Counted from the stretch's first letter, positions 1 to 9,233 are shown. The stretch: 64,000 nt of DNA from an uncultured virus (IMG/VR IMGVR_UViG_3300021092_000028) (IMGVR_UViG_3300021092_000028), one strand, 5' to 3'. Notes: a model not told the origin generated them from the letters alone. Numbers and translations are program-made.

Positions 1-227
1 ATGAAGTCTCCAGAGGATTTATAATCACAGAACATTCTGTATATTTTATCAGCAGATTTGCGAGCCACAGATTCATTTACAAATCTCCAATGCTTACAAA
101 TATCGTCTGTATAAGGGCGAACCAATAAAACTCCTTGCTCACCCCTTCCAATGCGATAAAGTTTGCGATTCTCTGGAAGTGTAAAGTCCAGAACTTTATA
201 GTCCAGGGCATAATTGAACTCTTTCAT
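1..227 (-). CDS. DUF4385-like conserved protein, 3' end outside the window
   Basis: Manual translation MKEFNYALDYKVLDFTLPENRKLYRIGRGEQGVLLVRPYTDDICKHWRF...; the YRIGRGEQGVLLVRPY/HWRF signature is recalled as DUF4385. Not in the ORF track. Confidence 0.7.
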   Translation of the reverse strand, partial: MKEFNYALDYKVLDFTLPENRKLYRIGRGEQGVLLVRPYTDDICKHWRFVNESVARKSADKIYRMFCDYKSSGDF

Positions 228-232
228 TGTTA

Positions 233-364
233 TTACTTATGCGTCAGACTCTCTGTTGTCTCTTGAATTGTGTGAACTCCGCGATCTAACATTGGAGCAA
301 GTCCAGAGAATCCAACGGTTGCAGATGCAACTCCAAGAATGAAACCAAACAGAAATCCTTTCAT
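233..364 (-). CDS. small hydrophobic protein (43 aa)
   Basis: Manual translation MKGFLFGFILGVASATVGFSGLAPMLDRG...; ATGA overlap with the upstream ORF. Confidence 0.55.
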   Translation of the reverse strand: MKGFLFGFILGVASATVGFSGLAPMLDRGVHTIQETTESLTHK

Positions 365-519
365 TTGTGAACTGGTTTAACGTAGACAGCAACTAAATTA
401 CCTGTTTTGTCCTGATCCAGAAGTTCCTTAGAAACTTCAGTAGGAGTACCTGTGCATTTCATTGCGACATAATACTCAGAACCATCTTTCCATTTGAACC
501 CAACGCGGTAGGTTTTCAT
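361..519 (-). CDS. hypothetical protein (52 aa)
   Basis: Manual translation MKTYRVGFKWKDGSEYY...; fills the gap between neighbours exactly. Confidence 0.55.
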   Translation of the reverse strand: MKTYRVGFKWKDGSEYYVAMKCTGTPTEVSKELLDQDKTGNLVAVYVKPVHK

Positions 520-521
520 AA

Positions 522-797
522 TCAGCACGCTCCGTACATAGGGTTTGCAAGTTGAGGAAGATTAGAATTGTCACGGGTCTCAGTGTAACCAATAGCAACA
601 CGTTCCCGAATCTCCCGAAGCATCTCAATACGATTCAGACACTTCTTAGACATTTGATTTCCAGCAGCCTTGAAGGTCAGAACTTTCAGATACCACTCTT
701 GTGAAATATCACCATAAGGAGTTTTGATAGGGTAGAAGTCCACGATCATATTACCATCCTTGCTGGTCAGTTGAGGGGTCTGAGCGAGTGCTGTCAT
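522..797 (-). CDS. hypothetical phage protein
   Basis: ORF track 522..911; start moved to MTALAQ (797), downstream of the promoter element at 822-879. Confidence 0.7.
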   Translation of the reverse strand: MTALAQTPQLTSKDGNMIVDFYPIKTPYGDISQEWYLKVLTFKAAGNQMSKKCLNRIEMLREIRERVAIGYTETRDNSNLPQLANPMYGAC

Positions 798-821
798 TGT
801 GGTTCCCCTGATTACCTCTAT

Positions 822-879
822 ATTATAGAGCACACAAGAGACCTGTGGAGTCCCCTGTGTGCCACTTATTGAACTGTCA
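822..879 (-). promoter_or_regulatory. early-type promoter element, copy 1 (palindrome + hairpin + TATAAT)
   Basis: Plus strand GTGCCACTT-attg-AACTGTCA at 859-879, 31 nt from attata (822-827). Confidence 0.75.
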
Positions 880-1182
880 GTCCCTGGTGCCCAAGTAGTA
901 AAGAATACCACCTAAGATACTAACAGGAACTATAATCCACCAGTATTCTACAATCAACCAGAGTCCAACAAGAATAGCAATTAACCATACAGTTCCATCA
1001 AGGTCAAAAGAAGAACCTGATGAACCACCAGAACTTACTTGGCGTAGATTTACAATTTGTTGAACATCACCGTGCTTTGCATAGATCTGTTCCTTTGCTC
1101 CAGAGAATGTTGCAGCTTCAACCTCAGTGTTGATGCGACCAACCCGAGAGTTTGCAAATACTTCTGCTCTCCAAGTTGCCAT
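877..1182 (-). CDS. hypothetical membrane protein
   Basis: ORF track; hydrophobic C-terminal segments. Confidence 0.7.
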   Translation of the reverse strand: MATWRAEVFANSRVGRINTEVEAATFSGAKEQIYAKHGDVQQIVNLRQVSSGGSSGSSFDLDGTVWLIAILVGLWLIVEYWWIIVPVSILGGILYYLGTRD

Positions 1183-1436
1183 TACCAAGTTCCTCTTTGA
1201 ATGTAGATTTTGCGGACTTCCTGATGCAGAAAATGTCGAAGTTTAGGGTCGGTAGTGTTATCAAAAGCAAGATACAATCGTTTCAGGTATTCATCTTGTG
1301 TGGCACCTATGTTACCATCACCACCGATGTCATTGAGTGATGAACCTGCGACAACTTTGCTCTTGCCGAAGTTACCAGACACACGCCCAGTTGTTCTCAG
1401 TTTAGGACGAATCTTTGAGAGGTTAGAGTAAGTCAT
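1182..1436 (-). CDS. hypothetical phage protein
   Basis: ORF track; tightly packed with neighbours. Confidence 0.7.
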   Translation of the reverse strand: MTYSNLSKIRPKLRTTGRVSGNFGKSKVVAGSSLNDIGGDGNIGATQDEYLKRLYLAFDNTTDPKLRHFLHQEVRKIYIQRGTW

Positions 1437-1633
1437 CGGGGAAACTTGTGGTTACAATCAGGGCACACCCAATGATTGATACGATCTTCACCAAGCAATT
1501 CAATACCAATCACACGACTATAAAAATAGGGTGGAGAATAGTTTTCCCAGTATTCTTGTGGAATCAGTTTTTCAACCCAATTTGCACCACATTCGGGACA
1601 ATTTTCAAGTTTTGTGATGTCAGTGTAAGTCAT
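1433..1633 (-). CDS. zinc-ribbon protein
   Basis: CPEC...CPDC; start refined to MTYTDIT. Confidence 0.7.
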   Translation of the reverse strand: MTYTDITKLENCPECGANWVEKLIPQEYWENYSPPYFYSRVIGIELLGEDRINHWVCPDCNHKFPR

Positions 1634-1695
1634 CGTGCAATAATGTCCAGAGTTTCCAATAGCATCATAGAAAGTTCCAACTGACTGAGAGTGAG

Positions 1696-2133
1696 TTATT
1701 TGTATAAATACCCCCCGCTCCAATCTGCATGTTCCAGCAGGTATTCACGATCAGCAATCAATCGCAGGTCATAACGAACACCTTTGGCAGGAGACTTCCA
1801 TGATGCAGTTTTATACACTTCGCCAGTGTTCTTGTCAATGAAAGCATGAGCAGAGCGTTGTCCACCACCATCAACAAAAATGATTTTGTGATACTTTTTA
1901 CCAGTCTCGATGGTATAATCAATGTCGCACTTACCAGACTTGAGTTCATCAATCTTGCGCTGATGATAACCAGGAACTGCATCAAATCGCTCAACAGAAC
2001 GCTGATGAGAACGAATCGAGTGTTGACGATAGTTGTCTTTCAATGCTTCAATCAGCAGCAGAGTATTCTTGAGAACATTCTCTGCGATGGTTTGTTGTGC
2101 TTGTGCTTGCATGGTAGGAGTGCTCATCGGCAT
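1696..2133 (-). CDS. conserved hypothetical phage protein
   Basis: GKKYHKI...HAFIDKNTGEVYKTASWKSPAKGVR motif; directly downstream of promoter element copy 2. Confidence 0.75.
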   Translation of the reverse strand: MPMSTPTMQAQAQQTIAENVLKNTLLLIEALKDNYRQHSIRSHQRSVERFDAVPGYHQRKIDELKSGKCDIDYTIETGKKYHKIIFVDGGGQRSAHAFIDKNTGEVYKTASWKSPAKGVRYDLRLIADREYLLEHADWSGGYLYK

Positions 2134-2150
2134 CTGTTGCGTATGTAAGT

Positions 2151-2208
2151 ATTATAGGGGAAGCACTGCCTCGCTACGGGTCCGTTGTGCCAGTTTGGAA
2201 GGTGGCAC
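2151..2208 (-). promoter_or_regulatory. early-type promoter element, copy 2
   Basis: GTGCCAGTT-tgga-AGGTGGCAC at 2187-2208, 30 nt from attata (2151-2156); lies within the 3' end of the methyltransferase gene. Confidence 0.75.
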
Positions 2209-2724
2209 ACTCAACTCCTCCATAATGATTTGTTTTGGTAGAAAGTTCCAGCAATAGTAACTGCTGCTGAATGTAATCTTGTCGTTTGGTCTACCATCAG
2301 GGCTATGAAACTTCATCCGCTTATCAAACATTAGTAGTTGCAGATCCTTATCCTTGAACAACTGCTTAGGAGCACTATCATTCAACCAAGTGTTAGTCAT
2401 AATGAGAGCAAATGGTTTCTCAAATGATAATGCTCGCTCGAAGAACTTGCGCTTGTTTGTAAATGGTGGATTAGATACGATTACATCCCAGTTGTCAGGT
2501 TCATAGGTGAGAAAGTCTTGATTATAATTGATATGAGTAAAGACTACCTCATTCTGCTTACTAATCTGTTTGACAAACTCACTATCAATCGTATCAAATG
2601 GACACCAAACAACTGCATCTTTAGGGATGTATTTGAGAATTGGAGTTACACCGTAAAACGGAGTGTAACATTCGTCATTGTTACCCTCAGAAAACATCAG
2701 TTTTCCACTATCAAGTTGTTTCAT
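2152..2724 (-). CDS. DNA amino-(N6-adenine-type) methyltransferase, orphan
   Basis: DECYTP, VWCPFD (motif I-like), QDFL and DVIVSNPPF (catalytic motif IV). Confidence 0.8.
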   Translation of the reverse strand: MKQLDSGKLMFSEGNNDECYTPFYGVTPILKYIPKDAVVWCPFDTIDSEFVKQISKQNEVVFTHINYNQDFLTYEPDNWDVIVSNPPFTNKRKFFERALSFEKPFALIMTNTWLNDSAPKQLFKDKDLQLLMFDKRMKFHSPDGRPNDKITFSSSYYCWNFLPKQIIMEELSVPPSKLAQRTRSEAVLPL

Positions 2725-3142
2725 CAGTCATTAATATCCCATCAAGATGATCAATTTCGTGTTGTATAATCCTTGCGGTCAAGCCTCTGTGTGTCTCTAA
2801 ATGTGGATGTCCAGCAAGGTTGCGATATTTAATTGTGATTGAACTATACCTATTCTTTTTGATGAATGTCTCAGGGATACTCAAACATCCCTCTTCATCC
2901 ATTTCAGTTTCTTCAGAATGAAATATAATTTCTGGATTGATAAGAACTTTGATTGATTGATTATCGGTGATTACAATGATACGCTTGTTAATACCACATT
3001 GTGGAGCAGAAAGTCCTACACCATTGTTTTTAACCATTAGGTCAACAAGTGCTGCACAAGTGGTACGAACAGTATCGTCTATTTTATCAATCCGCTTGCT
3101 CTTTACTCTTAGAGCTTTGTGTCCCTCCGTCAGTATTTCCAT
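2711..3142 (-). CDS. def: peptide deformylase
   Basis: All three PDF motifs: GVGLSAPQCG, EGCLS, QHEIDHLDG. Confidence 0.97.
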   Translation of the reverse strand: MEILTEGHKALRVKSKRIDKIDDTVRTTCAALVDLMVKNNGVGLSAPQCGINKRIIVITDNQSIKVLINPEIIFHSEETEMDEEGCLSIPETFIKKNRYSSITIKYRNLAGHPHLETHRGLTARIIQHEIDHLDGILMTDETT

Positions 3143-3235
3143 AGGAGTTGTGCAGATTCTTTATATAGTTGGCAATTTGTTGAGTTTCATCCCATTCCCA
3201 AATTGTACCATCTTTTTGTGTGTAAGTTCTTACAG

Positions 3236-3448
3236 TCATACTTTTTCAAAATGTACAGAATTAAATCTACCAGATATACCTTGAAGTGTCAACTTTGTAT
3301 GCCAGGTATGCACATCGACACGTTCTACAATGTAATGAGTGTTTAAAGTAAGAATGTCCCTAGGATCGTTGTTACCAGCACCCCAGTGAACTTGTTCATC
3401 TATTGCACCAATGTATGCAACAGTATCTCCTACTCTAAAACGTTCCAT
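3236..3448 (-). CDS. hypothetical protein
   Basis: ORF track; FRVGDTV start, small beta-barrel-like. Confidence 0.65.
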   Translation of the reverse strand: MERFRVGDTVAYIGAIDEQVHWGAGNNDPRDILTLNTHYIVERVDVHTWHTKLTLQGISGRFNSVHFEKV

Positions 3449-3462
3449 TTTTTTTAAATTAG

Positions 3463-3657
3463 TTAGAGTTTATAGTTATCCTTTGTAGAATAAGTTTTAG
3501 AGTCAGGCCATCCTTCCTGCTGTCCTTTCAAATAGAACCTTGTTGCTCGTACACATTCTTCCTCATTCAGTGCTGTAATGATGCACTTACCATCTTTATC
3601 GTATGAATCCCACAACCCATACTTTTTCTCTTCAACATAGAAACAATCGTCAATCAT
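3463..3657 (-). CDS. hypothetical phage protein
   Basis: ORF track 3463..3780, start refined to MIDDCFYV to avoid a long overlap. Confidence 0.65.
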   Translation of the reverse strand: MIDDCFYVEEKKYGLWDSYDKDGKCIITALNEEECVRATRFYLKGQQEGWPDSKTYSTKDNYKL

Positions 3658-3865
3658 TTCTCGGTTTTGTTTTGTATTTTTTGATTCCAATTGCTGTTGT
3701 TCCTTTAAGTTTTTTGACATAGTTTTCTCTGTAATCATCATATGGAAAGTATGCATTATGCTGTAGTTTTCTTTTACCATCCTTTACGAACCATTCTAAT
3801 GCAAAAGGAAATACTTTATGAAATGGTTGTACTTCTGGTTGTGGATCAATTCTTTTTGAAATCAT
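3650..3865 (-). CDS. hypothetical protein
   Basis: ORF track; ATGA overlap with the upstream gene. Confidence 0.6.
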   Translation of the reverse strand: MISKRIDPQPEVQPFHKVFPFALEWFVKDGKRKLQHNAYFPYDDYRENYVKKLKGTTAIGIKKYKTKPRND

Positions 3866-4071
3866 TTGACTCTTTCAACATTTGAGTAGTCTATGTCATT
3901 CCAATGTCTAATTACACCCGCAACAATAAAACAGTTTGTAATCAGATAGGTTGCAAAGATGATAGTTCTTACAATTGAAATGATGTCTGCTTCTTTATCA
4001 TTCTTCCCGTGTTTTTCACCAAGCGAATAAGACCAGAGTCTCCATATTGTCCTGTGTTTTTTATTCTTCAT
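3862..4071 (-). CDS. small membrane protein
   Basis: WRLWSYSLGEK...NCFIVAGVIRHW; one transmembrane segment; start refined. Confidence 0.7.
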   Translation of the reverse strand: MKNKKHRTIWRLWSYSLGEKHGKNDKEADIISIVRTIIFATYLITNCFIVAGVIRHWNDIDYSNVERVK

Positions 4072-4216
4072 CCTTTTTCTTGAAGACTTTTTTGTCGCAT
4101 TCATTACAATATGTAGAGTATCCGTATTTGAAGTTCTTGACTGCTTGAAAATACTCAGAAGTCAAAGGTTTTACTTCATCACACGCTTGGCACTGGTATT
4201 CACTTGGGCGTGACAA
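4061..4216 (-). CDS. small zinc-finger protein
   Basis: CQAC..KPLTSEYF...YCNEC; start uncertain (TTG assumed). Confidence 0.5.
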   Translation of the reverse strand: MSRPSEYQCQACDEVKPLTSEYFQAVKNFKYGYSTYCNECDKKVFKKKDEE

Positions 4217-4346
4217 TGATTTCTTTTGCCCCAACACTCTTGACATAAGACTGCCAGGCAAATGCATCATCAAGTTTGAAAAAGACCGCAGACTGTTTAG
4301 CATAACCTCTTTGCTTTGGCTTTAGATATGATACTTCATATTTCAT
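4200..4346 (-). CDS. hypothetical protein (48 aa)
   Basis: Manual translation MKYEVSYLKPKQRGYAKQSAVFFKLDDA... Confidence 0.6.
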   Translation of the reverse strand: MKYEVSYLKPKQRGYAKQSAVFFKLDDAFAWQSYVKSVGAKEIIVTPK

Positions 4347-4519
4347 TTTTCTTCAAGCGATGTGATCAGATGAAACTCAAAGGTAGGAACAACAACACGT
4401 ACATCTTTTGATCTGTGTTTACCTTTATGCACAAGAATTGAAATTGATTGTTCACTTACAAAGGCAATTGCGCCAGTAACGTGCTTGTAAGACACTGTAG
4501 TTCCTTCAACAAATACCAC
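4343..4519 (-). CDS. hypothetical protein (58 aa)
   Basis: Manual translation from GTG: VFVEGTTVSYKHVTGAIAFV...; ATGA overlap with the downstream gene. Confidence 0.55.
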   Translation of the reverse strand: MVFVEGTTVSYKHVTGAIAFVSEQSISILVHKGKHRSKDVRVVVPTFEFHLITSLEEK

Positions 4520-4697
4520 TCAGATCCTCCATAAAAATGTATTCTTCAGGTTCTTCACCATCTACAACAAACTCAAGATATAGCGCATCAGAGTCGTCAA
4601 TACGATCATCAGACACTAAAACACACATTCTCTCACTCCAATAAGCATCAAGCTCATCAAGTGATTGCTCTCGGATTTCGTTAATAAAGTCATTCAT
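4506..4697 (-). CDS. acidic hypothetical protein
   Basis: ORF track; start refined. Confidence 0.6.
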   Translation of the reverse strand: MNDFINEIREQSLDELDAYWSERMCVLVSDDRIDDSDALYLEFVVDGEEPEEYIFMEDLSGIC

Positions 4698-4987
4698 TGG
4701 AAACAAGCCTCAAGTGGTGTCAATTTGGGTTTCATTGATGAGTATGGTGTAGTGTCTCTAATGTCTACTACACTACCAACTGTCTTTGCATTGATTGGAG
4801 CGTGGTAGGATTTTGTTTTTGTATTCCAGAATCCCCAGATAGAACGTACAGGAGACCCGTTGTTATAATCAAAACGGTAATGATTGCGGATCCATATTCC
4901 AACAACATTCCGTTTGAATTCTTCAAATTCATAACTGTATCCTTTAGGAGCAGTGTGAGGAAACTCAAAGGTCGTCAAGGCGTTCAT
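4694..4987 (-). CDS. hypothetical phage protein
   Basis: ORF track 4694..5029; FPHTAPKGYSY...SIWGF...TTPYSSM. Confidence 0.7.
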   Translation of the reverse strand: MNALTTFEFPHTAPKGYSYEFEEFKRNVVGIWIRNHYRFDYNNGSPVRSIWGFWNTKTKSYHAPINAKTVGSVVDIRDTTPYSSMKPKLTPLEACFQ

Positions 4988-5125
4988 CGAATTCTTTAAT
5001 AATTCTAATCTCTTCTTGGAGAGACTCAATCATTCGATACAATTCTTCAATTTTATCTTGATGCATTTTTTTGAGATTTGTCAGCATATTGCCAGCGTGT
5101 TGAACGTTAGGTTGAGAACTCATAA

Positions 5126-5356
5126 TCAGGTCGTAAAAGATTCAACAATACGGGATTCTTCTTCATCCACAAGAGCAAAGCGAGGGGCAGCAACTACGCG
5201 CTCCATAATTTTACTCTCATATCGGTCATCATAGTCATCTGAGTCTCTCAAAATATCGTGACACTCAACATCATTTTCAGAAATGACATTGATTACGCCA
5301 CCATACTCAGAAGAGGGAAAAGGAACCCAGTAGTCAACGATGTACAGATATTTCAT
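5126..5356 (-). CDS. conserved hypothetical phage protein
   Basis: YLYIVDYWVPFPSSEYGG; AGGAG Shine-Dalgarno and promoter upstream. Confidence 0.75.
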   Translation of the reverse strand: MKYLYIVDYWVPFPSSEYGGVINVISENDVECHDILRDSDDYDDRYESKIMERVVAAPRFALVDEEESRIVESFTT

Positions 5357-5379
5357 TTGTTTTTGTAAATTACTCCTTG

Positions 5380-5408
5380 ATTTTAGCAGTGTATTGGAAA
5401 TTGGTCAA
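5380..5408 (-). promoter_or_regulatory. sigma70-type promoter
   Basis: TTGACC-17 nt-TAAAAT on the minus strand. Confidence 0.65.
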
Positions 5409-5940
5409 CTGTCTTTGAAGTTCGCAACGAACTGAAATGAGGCGTCCATAAAGAAACTTTTGATACTCATTGTCCTCCAACAAGTTGGTAAGGTTGTCAA
5501 CTTGCATCAGTGCAAAGATTAGTTTGGTTTGTTGGTCCATTTTGCCTCATCTCTTGGATGAATAACTTTGTAATAATATGTAAGTAGCAGAGAAACAAGT
5601 GCTACCAACATAAGGTAGATAAAGATTCCGACTGCTAATGTCATTTGATTTCAATACTTGGAGGTTTCTTTAGGTTCTCCATTGCTTGTTGACGATAGTG
5701 TGCTTTATACATTGCATCATCACGCTGGATTAGAAAGACATTCCATCCAAGAATTGCAATAAGAGCGAAAAAGATGTAAGAAATGTGCCTACTGTTCACG
5801 GATTACCCTCAGGCGATTTGGATTGTAACCTTCATTGATAAGAGATTCAATACGCTCAGTTGCTTGCGGCTTTGTCAGTTTAGATGCAATAGGAGTCCAT
5901 CCAACGGTGCAAAATTCTTCAATTGTGTAAAGATCTTCTG

Positions 5941-6354
5941 TCATACTGCAAGTGCTCCAGAGGGAATTTCAACAATTTTGGGAAGTTCGAGACCAAGTGG
6001 ATTGATTTCATAGCAAACCCACTTACCATTACGGAAGAGATAGTGATACTCTTCGGCATTGATGGAAAGCAGATACTCACAAAGGTCAGCATCAAGACGC
6101 GGAGGACAATCTTCACCACGCTGAGAATAATACTCAGGTCCATAAACACCCTTAACTGCACTATCATCCCAGCGAGAATCAGTCCAGCAAGAACTCATAT
6201 CGCCACCATCAATCAGTTCTTCAGCAAGAGAACGTGCATTGTAATGAGTCTTCAGGATGCGACCCAACCACTCAGGATAACCGTCCCAGTGGTGATAGAC
6301 AGACAGAATAGAACCATCTTTGAGTTCAAGACCGATGCGAGCACGAGTTGCCAT
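5941..6354 (-). CDS. conserved hypothetical phage protein
   Basis: MATRARIG...VYHHWDGYPEWLG...EEYHYLF; follows promoter element copy 3. Confidence 0.8.
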   Translation of the reverse strand: MATRARIGLELKDGSILSVYHHWDGYPEWLGRILKTHYNARSLAEELIDGGDMSSCWTDSRWDDSAVKGVYGPEYYSQRGEDCPPRLDADLCEYLLSINAEEYHYLFRNGKWVCYEINPLGLELPKIVEIPSGALAV

Positions 6355-6379
6355 TGGGGCGTCTGTCGATTACTCATAT

Positions 6380-6438
6380 ATTATAAGGGGTCCCCAGTGC
6401 CCTGAGATCCCCCCGTGTGCCAGTTTGAGAACTGTCTC
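6380..6438 (-). promoter_or_regulatory. early-type promoter element, copy 3
   Basis: GTGCCAGTT-tgag-AACTGTCTC at 6417-6438, 31 nt from attata (6380-6385), GC hairpin between. Confidence 0.8.
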
Positions 6439-6874
6439 AGCAACTATACATAAGTGCTCCGAGCCCAGCACCAAATAAAGTCCAACCGCTAGTATTTTTA
6501 TAAGAGTTAGACCAACTTCCAGATGAACTGTTTCGGTTATATTTACGATTCCAACTGCCACTATTTTGCCATCCAGAACCACCAGATAGAGCACTTGCAA
6601 GACCAGCACCCATAGCTGCACCAGCGGCAGGATTACAAATCCTACGATTATAAGTTGGTTGTTGATATGTTACAGGACCTCCAGAACCACAAGAGGTAGT
6701 ATAACTAACACGATTTACATAACCAGGAATATAATTTCCATACTGGTCATAATAACCAGGAACGTAATTTTCTTGATATGTCTTACAAACTTGATAGTAA
6801 TTTGTTTGCTGTGCAACTGCTGAAGTAGGAACAAGAATTCCTGCAGCAATTATAGCGGTGATGACTGCTTTCAT
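6437..6874 (-). CDS. exported protein with glycine-zipper segments
   Basis: Signal-peptide-like N-terminus; AAGAAMGAGLASAL and LFGAGLGAL. Confidence 0.7.
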   Translation of the reverse strand: MKAVITAIIAAGILVPTSAVAQQTNYYQVCKTYQENYVPGYYDQYGNYIPGYVNRVSYTTSCGSGGPVTYQQPTYNRRICNPAAGAAMGAGLASALSGGSGWQNSGSWNRKYNRNSSSGSWSNSYKNTSGWTLFGAGLGALMYSC

Positions 6875-6895
6875 TTTGTGTGAGACTATTTTTAT

Positions 6896-6954
6896 AATAT
6901 AGCAAAAAGGAGAAATCTGTGCAACTTCTCCTGTGCCACTTATTTAACTGGAGT
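6896..6954 (-). promoter_or_regulatory. early-type promoter element, copy 4, containing a terminator-like hairpin
   Basis: GTGCCACTT-attt-AACTGG at 6933-6951; -10 TATATT; AGGAGAA/TTCTCCT stem followed by a U-run on the minus strand. Confidence 0.7.
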
Positions 6955-7119
6955 AGGATCTCCTTTACCTTCAAGAGATCTTACCATAAGATCAGTAAAC
7001 CTTTCCATCTTTTCAAAATGAACTGATGCTGGATCATATTTAATTGCTTCTTTGAGGGCAATCAGTTCATCCCATTCTTCTTGTGTTAGATTAGGACCGC
7101 CTGATCTTGCTTGTGTCAT
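6940..7119 (-). CDS. hypothetical protein (59 aa)
   Basis: Manual translation MTQARSGGPNLTQEEWDELIALKEAIKYDPASVHFEKMERF... Confidence 0.65.
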   Translation of the reverse strand: MTQARSGGPNLTQEEWDELIALKEAIKYDPASVHFEKMERFTDLMVRSLEGKGDPTPVK

Positions 7120-7210
7120 AGATTTCTCATTGAATATAAGTTAATTATACCACTATGTATACCTATGTGATGGTTCCTTAACATTGTTTTCGGAGTGTTG
7201 TTACAGTTCT

Positions 7211-7435
7211 TTATGAATTAAAAAATGTATCAAATCCACCAGAATCACCGTGAATACGATTCTCAAGTTTATCCATTAAACTATCGAGACTTTGAAGTGC
7301 TTCGATCTCTTGAATGACTTTAGAAATTGTTGTGCAAACTACTGGTCGTTCTTGACGAGCTGCGAATGCCAAAGCATTTCTTAGACTTTGTTCTGCTTCC
7401 TTTAGACTTTCTTCTACAGATTTACTTAGAGCCAT
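7211..7435 (-). CDS. conserved hypothetical phage protein
   Basis: MALSKSVEESLKEAEQSLRNALAFAARQERP. Confidence 0.75.
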   Translation of the reverse strand: MALSKSVEESLKEAEQSLRNALAFAARQERPVVCTTISKVIQEIEALQSLDSLMDKLENRIHGDSGGFDTFFNS

Positions 7436-7916
7436 TTACTTTCCTCATTTCAAAACTACCATCATTGCGATCAATCCATTCTACAGTATCACCCTCTTTA
7501 AGTCCGGCAATTTGAAGTAAATCATCAGGCAACTCAATATAACAATCTCCAGTCAATCCATCAACTTGAGTAGAAAGTTGCCACTTTACAACTTTGTCAT
7601 TGTTAACTCTCAAATATTCTTCGTGACTTGATTCCCAAAAGTCACTCCAAGCATCTTGGCATTCGGGTGAAGAATTATTCGCATCACAACTCAAGATTTT
7701 ATTTAAATAATCATCATACTTGTTATTGTCAACACCACTATTCAAAAGTCCAAGAAGTTCATTTGCACGACTTGCTTGATCTTTATGATAATAATAACTT
7801 TCTTTTACCACACCAACAATTACATCATAAATCTCCTGCGGTGTTGCTCCACTCGCAGACATTGCATCGTTTAGCCAATTCTCAAGATTTTCAAGCGAAT
7901 ATTTTTTGTAGTCCAT
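7422..7916 (-). CDS. protein with C-terminal AbrB/MazE/SpoVT-like DNA-binding domain
   Basis: IELPDDLLQIAGLKEGDTVEW matches the AbrB swapped-hairpin pattern; start refined to MDYKKY. Confidence 0.65.
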   Translation of the reverse strand: MDYKKYSLENLENWLNDAMSASGATPQEIYDVIVGVVKESYYYHKDQASRANELLGLLNSGVDNNKYDDYLNKILSCDANNSSPECQDAWSDFWESSHEEYLRVNNDKVVKWQLSTQVDGLTGDCYIELPDDLLQIAGLKEGDTVEWIDRNDGSFEMRKVNGSK

Positions 7917-7960
7917 TGATGTTGATGAATTTTTTTTTAATTTTACCAATGAAATTTCAA

Positions 7961-8266
7961 TTAGTCAATAGTTTTATTGATATGATTCTCTATTACAAGC
8001 ATATCAACACGAGCATCTAAAGAGTTTTCGAGACGATAAAGTTCATTAGTTAATGAAATATTTTCATCCTCAAGTTTAAGTATTCTTTCTTCAAGTTCTT
8101 CAATTTTTTCAGCAACAGATTTAGTCACCCAGTTATCATCAAAGCAAGTAATTGTAGAACTAAAGTTAAAGATACTATCCAACCATTTTTTCATCCATAA
8201 TCTCCCTAAAATATCTTTGATACGCCATAAATCTTTGAAGTGATGGTTTAACCTCAAGGCTTTCAC
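7961..8266 (-). CDS. coiled-coil hypothetical protein (start uncertain)
   Basis: ORF track; LEERILKLEDENISLTNELY. Confidence 0.5.
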   Translation of the reverse strand: MKALRLNHHFKDLWRIKDILGRLWMKKWLDSIFNFSSTITCFDDNWVTKSVAEKIEELEERILKLEDENISLTNELYRLENSLDARVDMLVIENHINKTID

Positions 8267-8316
8267 AGCACCTTATGTATGAGATAAATTCATACCGAGG
8301 TGCTGTAGGATCAGTG

Positions 8317-8772
8317 TCACTCATTCAGATTTTCTTCCTCCGCAGTCATTGCTTCAATCTCTTCATCAAGATACTGTTCAGCATCAGGATTCTCACATCG
8401 TGCAAGTTTTGCTTTCAGGTCACGAACTTGCTTTTCCAGTTCATAATTCTTATTCTCCAGAGGAATGACTTTGCTTCTATATTCTTCTGCAAGAAACAAG
8501 TCATACTCATCAGCAACTTTCTTCATATCCTCAAAACTACGCATATCATTAAATGCAAGAGCACAAGCACCTTTCATAATACCTTGCTCACAATGTCCCA
8601 TCGTGCGAGCAATCGTTCCAAAGAAGCGGAACAATTGAATACTGTTGAGGTCTTCAGTAGGAATTTCAAAGGTATAATGCTCTTCCGGAAGTGTCTCATC
8701 ATCATAAACACCATACCCATTAGAGGTCCATTCGGTGTCAAAAGAAACTTTGAGTCGTGCTTTGTAGGTCAT
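8317..8772 (-). CDS. hypothetical phage protein
   Basis: ORF track; directly after the promoter at 8795-8839. Confidence 0.75.
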   Translation of the reverse strand: MTYKARLKVSFDTEWTSNGYGVYDDETLPEEHYTFEIPTEDLNSIQLFRFFGTIARTMGHCEQGIMKGACALAFNDMRSFEDMKKVADEYDLFLAEEYRSKVIPLENKNYELEKQVRDLKAKLARCENPDAEQYLDEEIEAMTAEEENLNE

Positions 8773-8794
8773 TGGTATGAATTTATATGTACCT

Positions 8795-8839
8795 ACTATA
8801 AAACCTCCTGACTACAAAGTCAAGAGGTAGTGGACAGTT
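8795..8839 (-). promoter_or_regulatory. sigma70 promoter with a half-site of the early element (copy 5)
   Basis: TTGACT-17-TATAGT; TGGACAGTT half-site at 8831-8839, 30 nt from the -10. Confidence 0.7.
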
Positions 8840-9075
8840 TACTTTTTGTCTTTTAGTTCTTTCATCAGTTCTTCTGCCATCCTCATAGATTTTCTTTTCA
8901 TTCGATATGCTACGATTGGATTTGCAGGATTATTTTTTAACCACCAATAAAAAATTGCCCACTTGATCTGCAACTGTTTACCAAGAATTATAATGTACTT
9001 GGCGAAACTTTGATCAGTAACAATAAAATATGCAAGAATACAAAATATAGTCAGATATGTATAATATGAGGTCAT
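8839..9075 (-). CDS. small membrane protein
   Basis: ORF track; hydrophobic N-terminus. Confidence 0.65.
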   Translation of the reverse strand: MTSYYTYLTIFCILAYFIVTDQSFAKYIIILGKQLQIKWAIFYWWLKNNPANPIVAYRMKRKSMRMAEELMKELKDKK

Positions 9076-9233
9076 TGAATAGGCCTCTTAGTGTATAGGT
9101 ATTCTATAAGATCAAGTTTGATCTCATCAAGTTCTTTTTCACATCCAAGATGTTTTGCCAATTCTCTAATGTCGCTGTGATGTTTTTGGAGATCTTCCAG
9201 CATTAAATCGATTGCTGATCTATATACACTCAT
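9072..9233 (-). CDS. hypothetical protein
   Basis: ORF track; start refined to MSVYRSA (ATGA overlap). Confidence 0.55.
   Translation of the reverse strand: MSVYRSAIDLMLEDLQKHHSDIRELAKHLGCEKELDEIKLDLIEYLYTKRPIQ

Noticed and set aside
7150..7210. Host transcription-factor site (NtcA, Pho or HLR1-like) upstream of the 59-aa ORF
   Set aside because: Only isolated half-site resemblances, with spacing that does not match the consensus I know.
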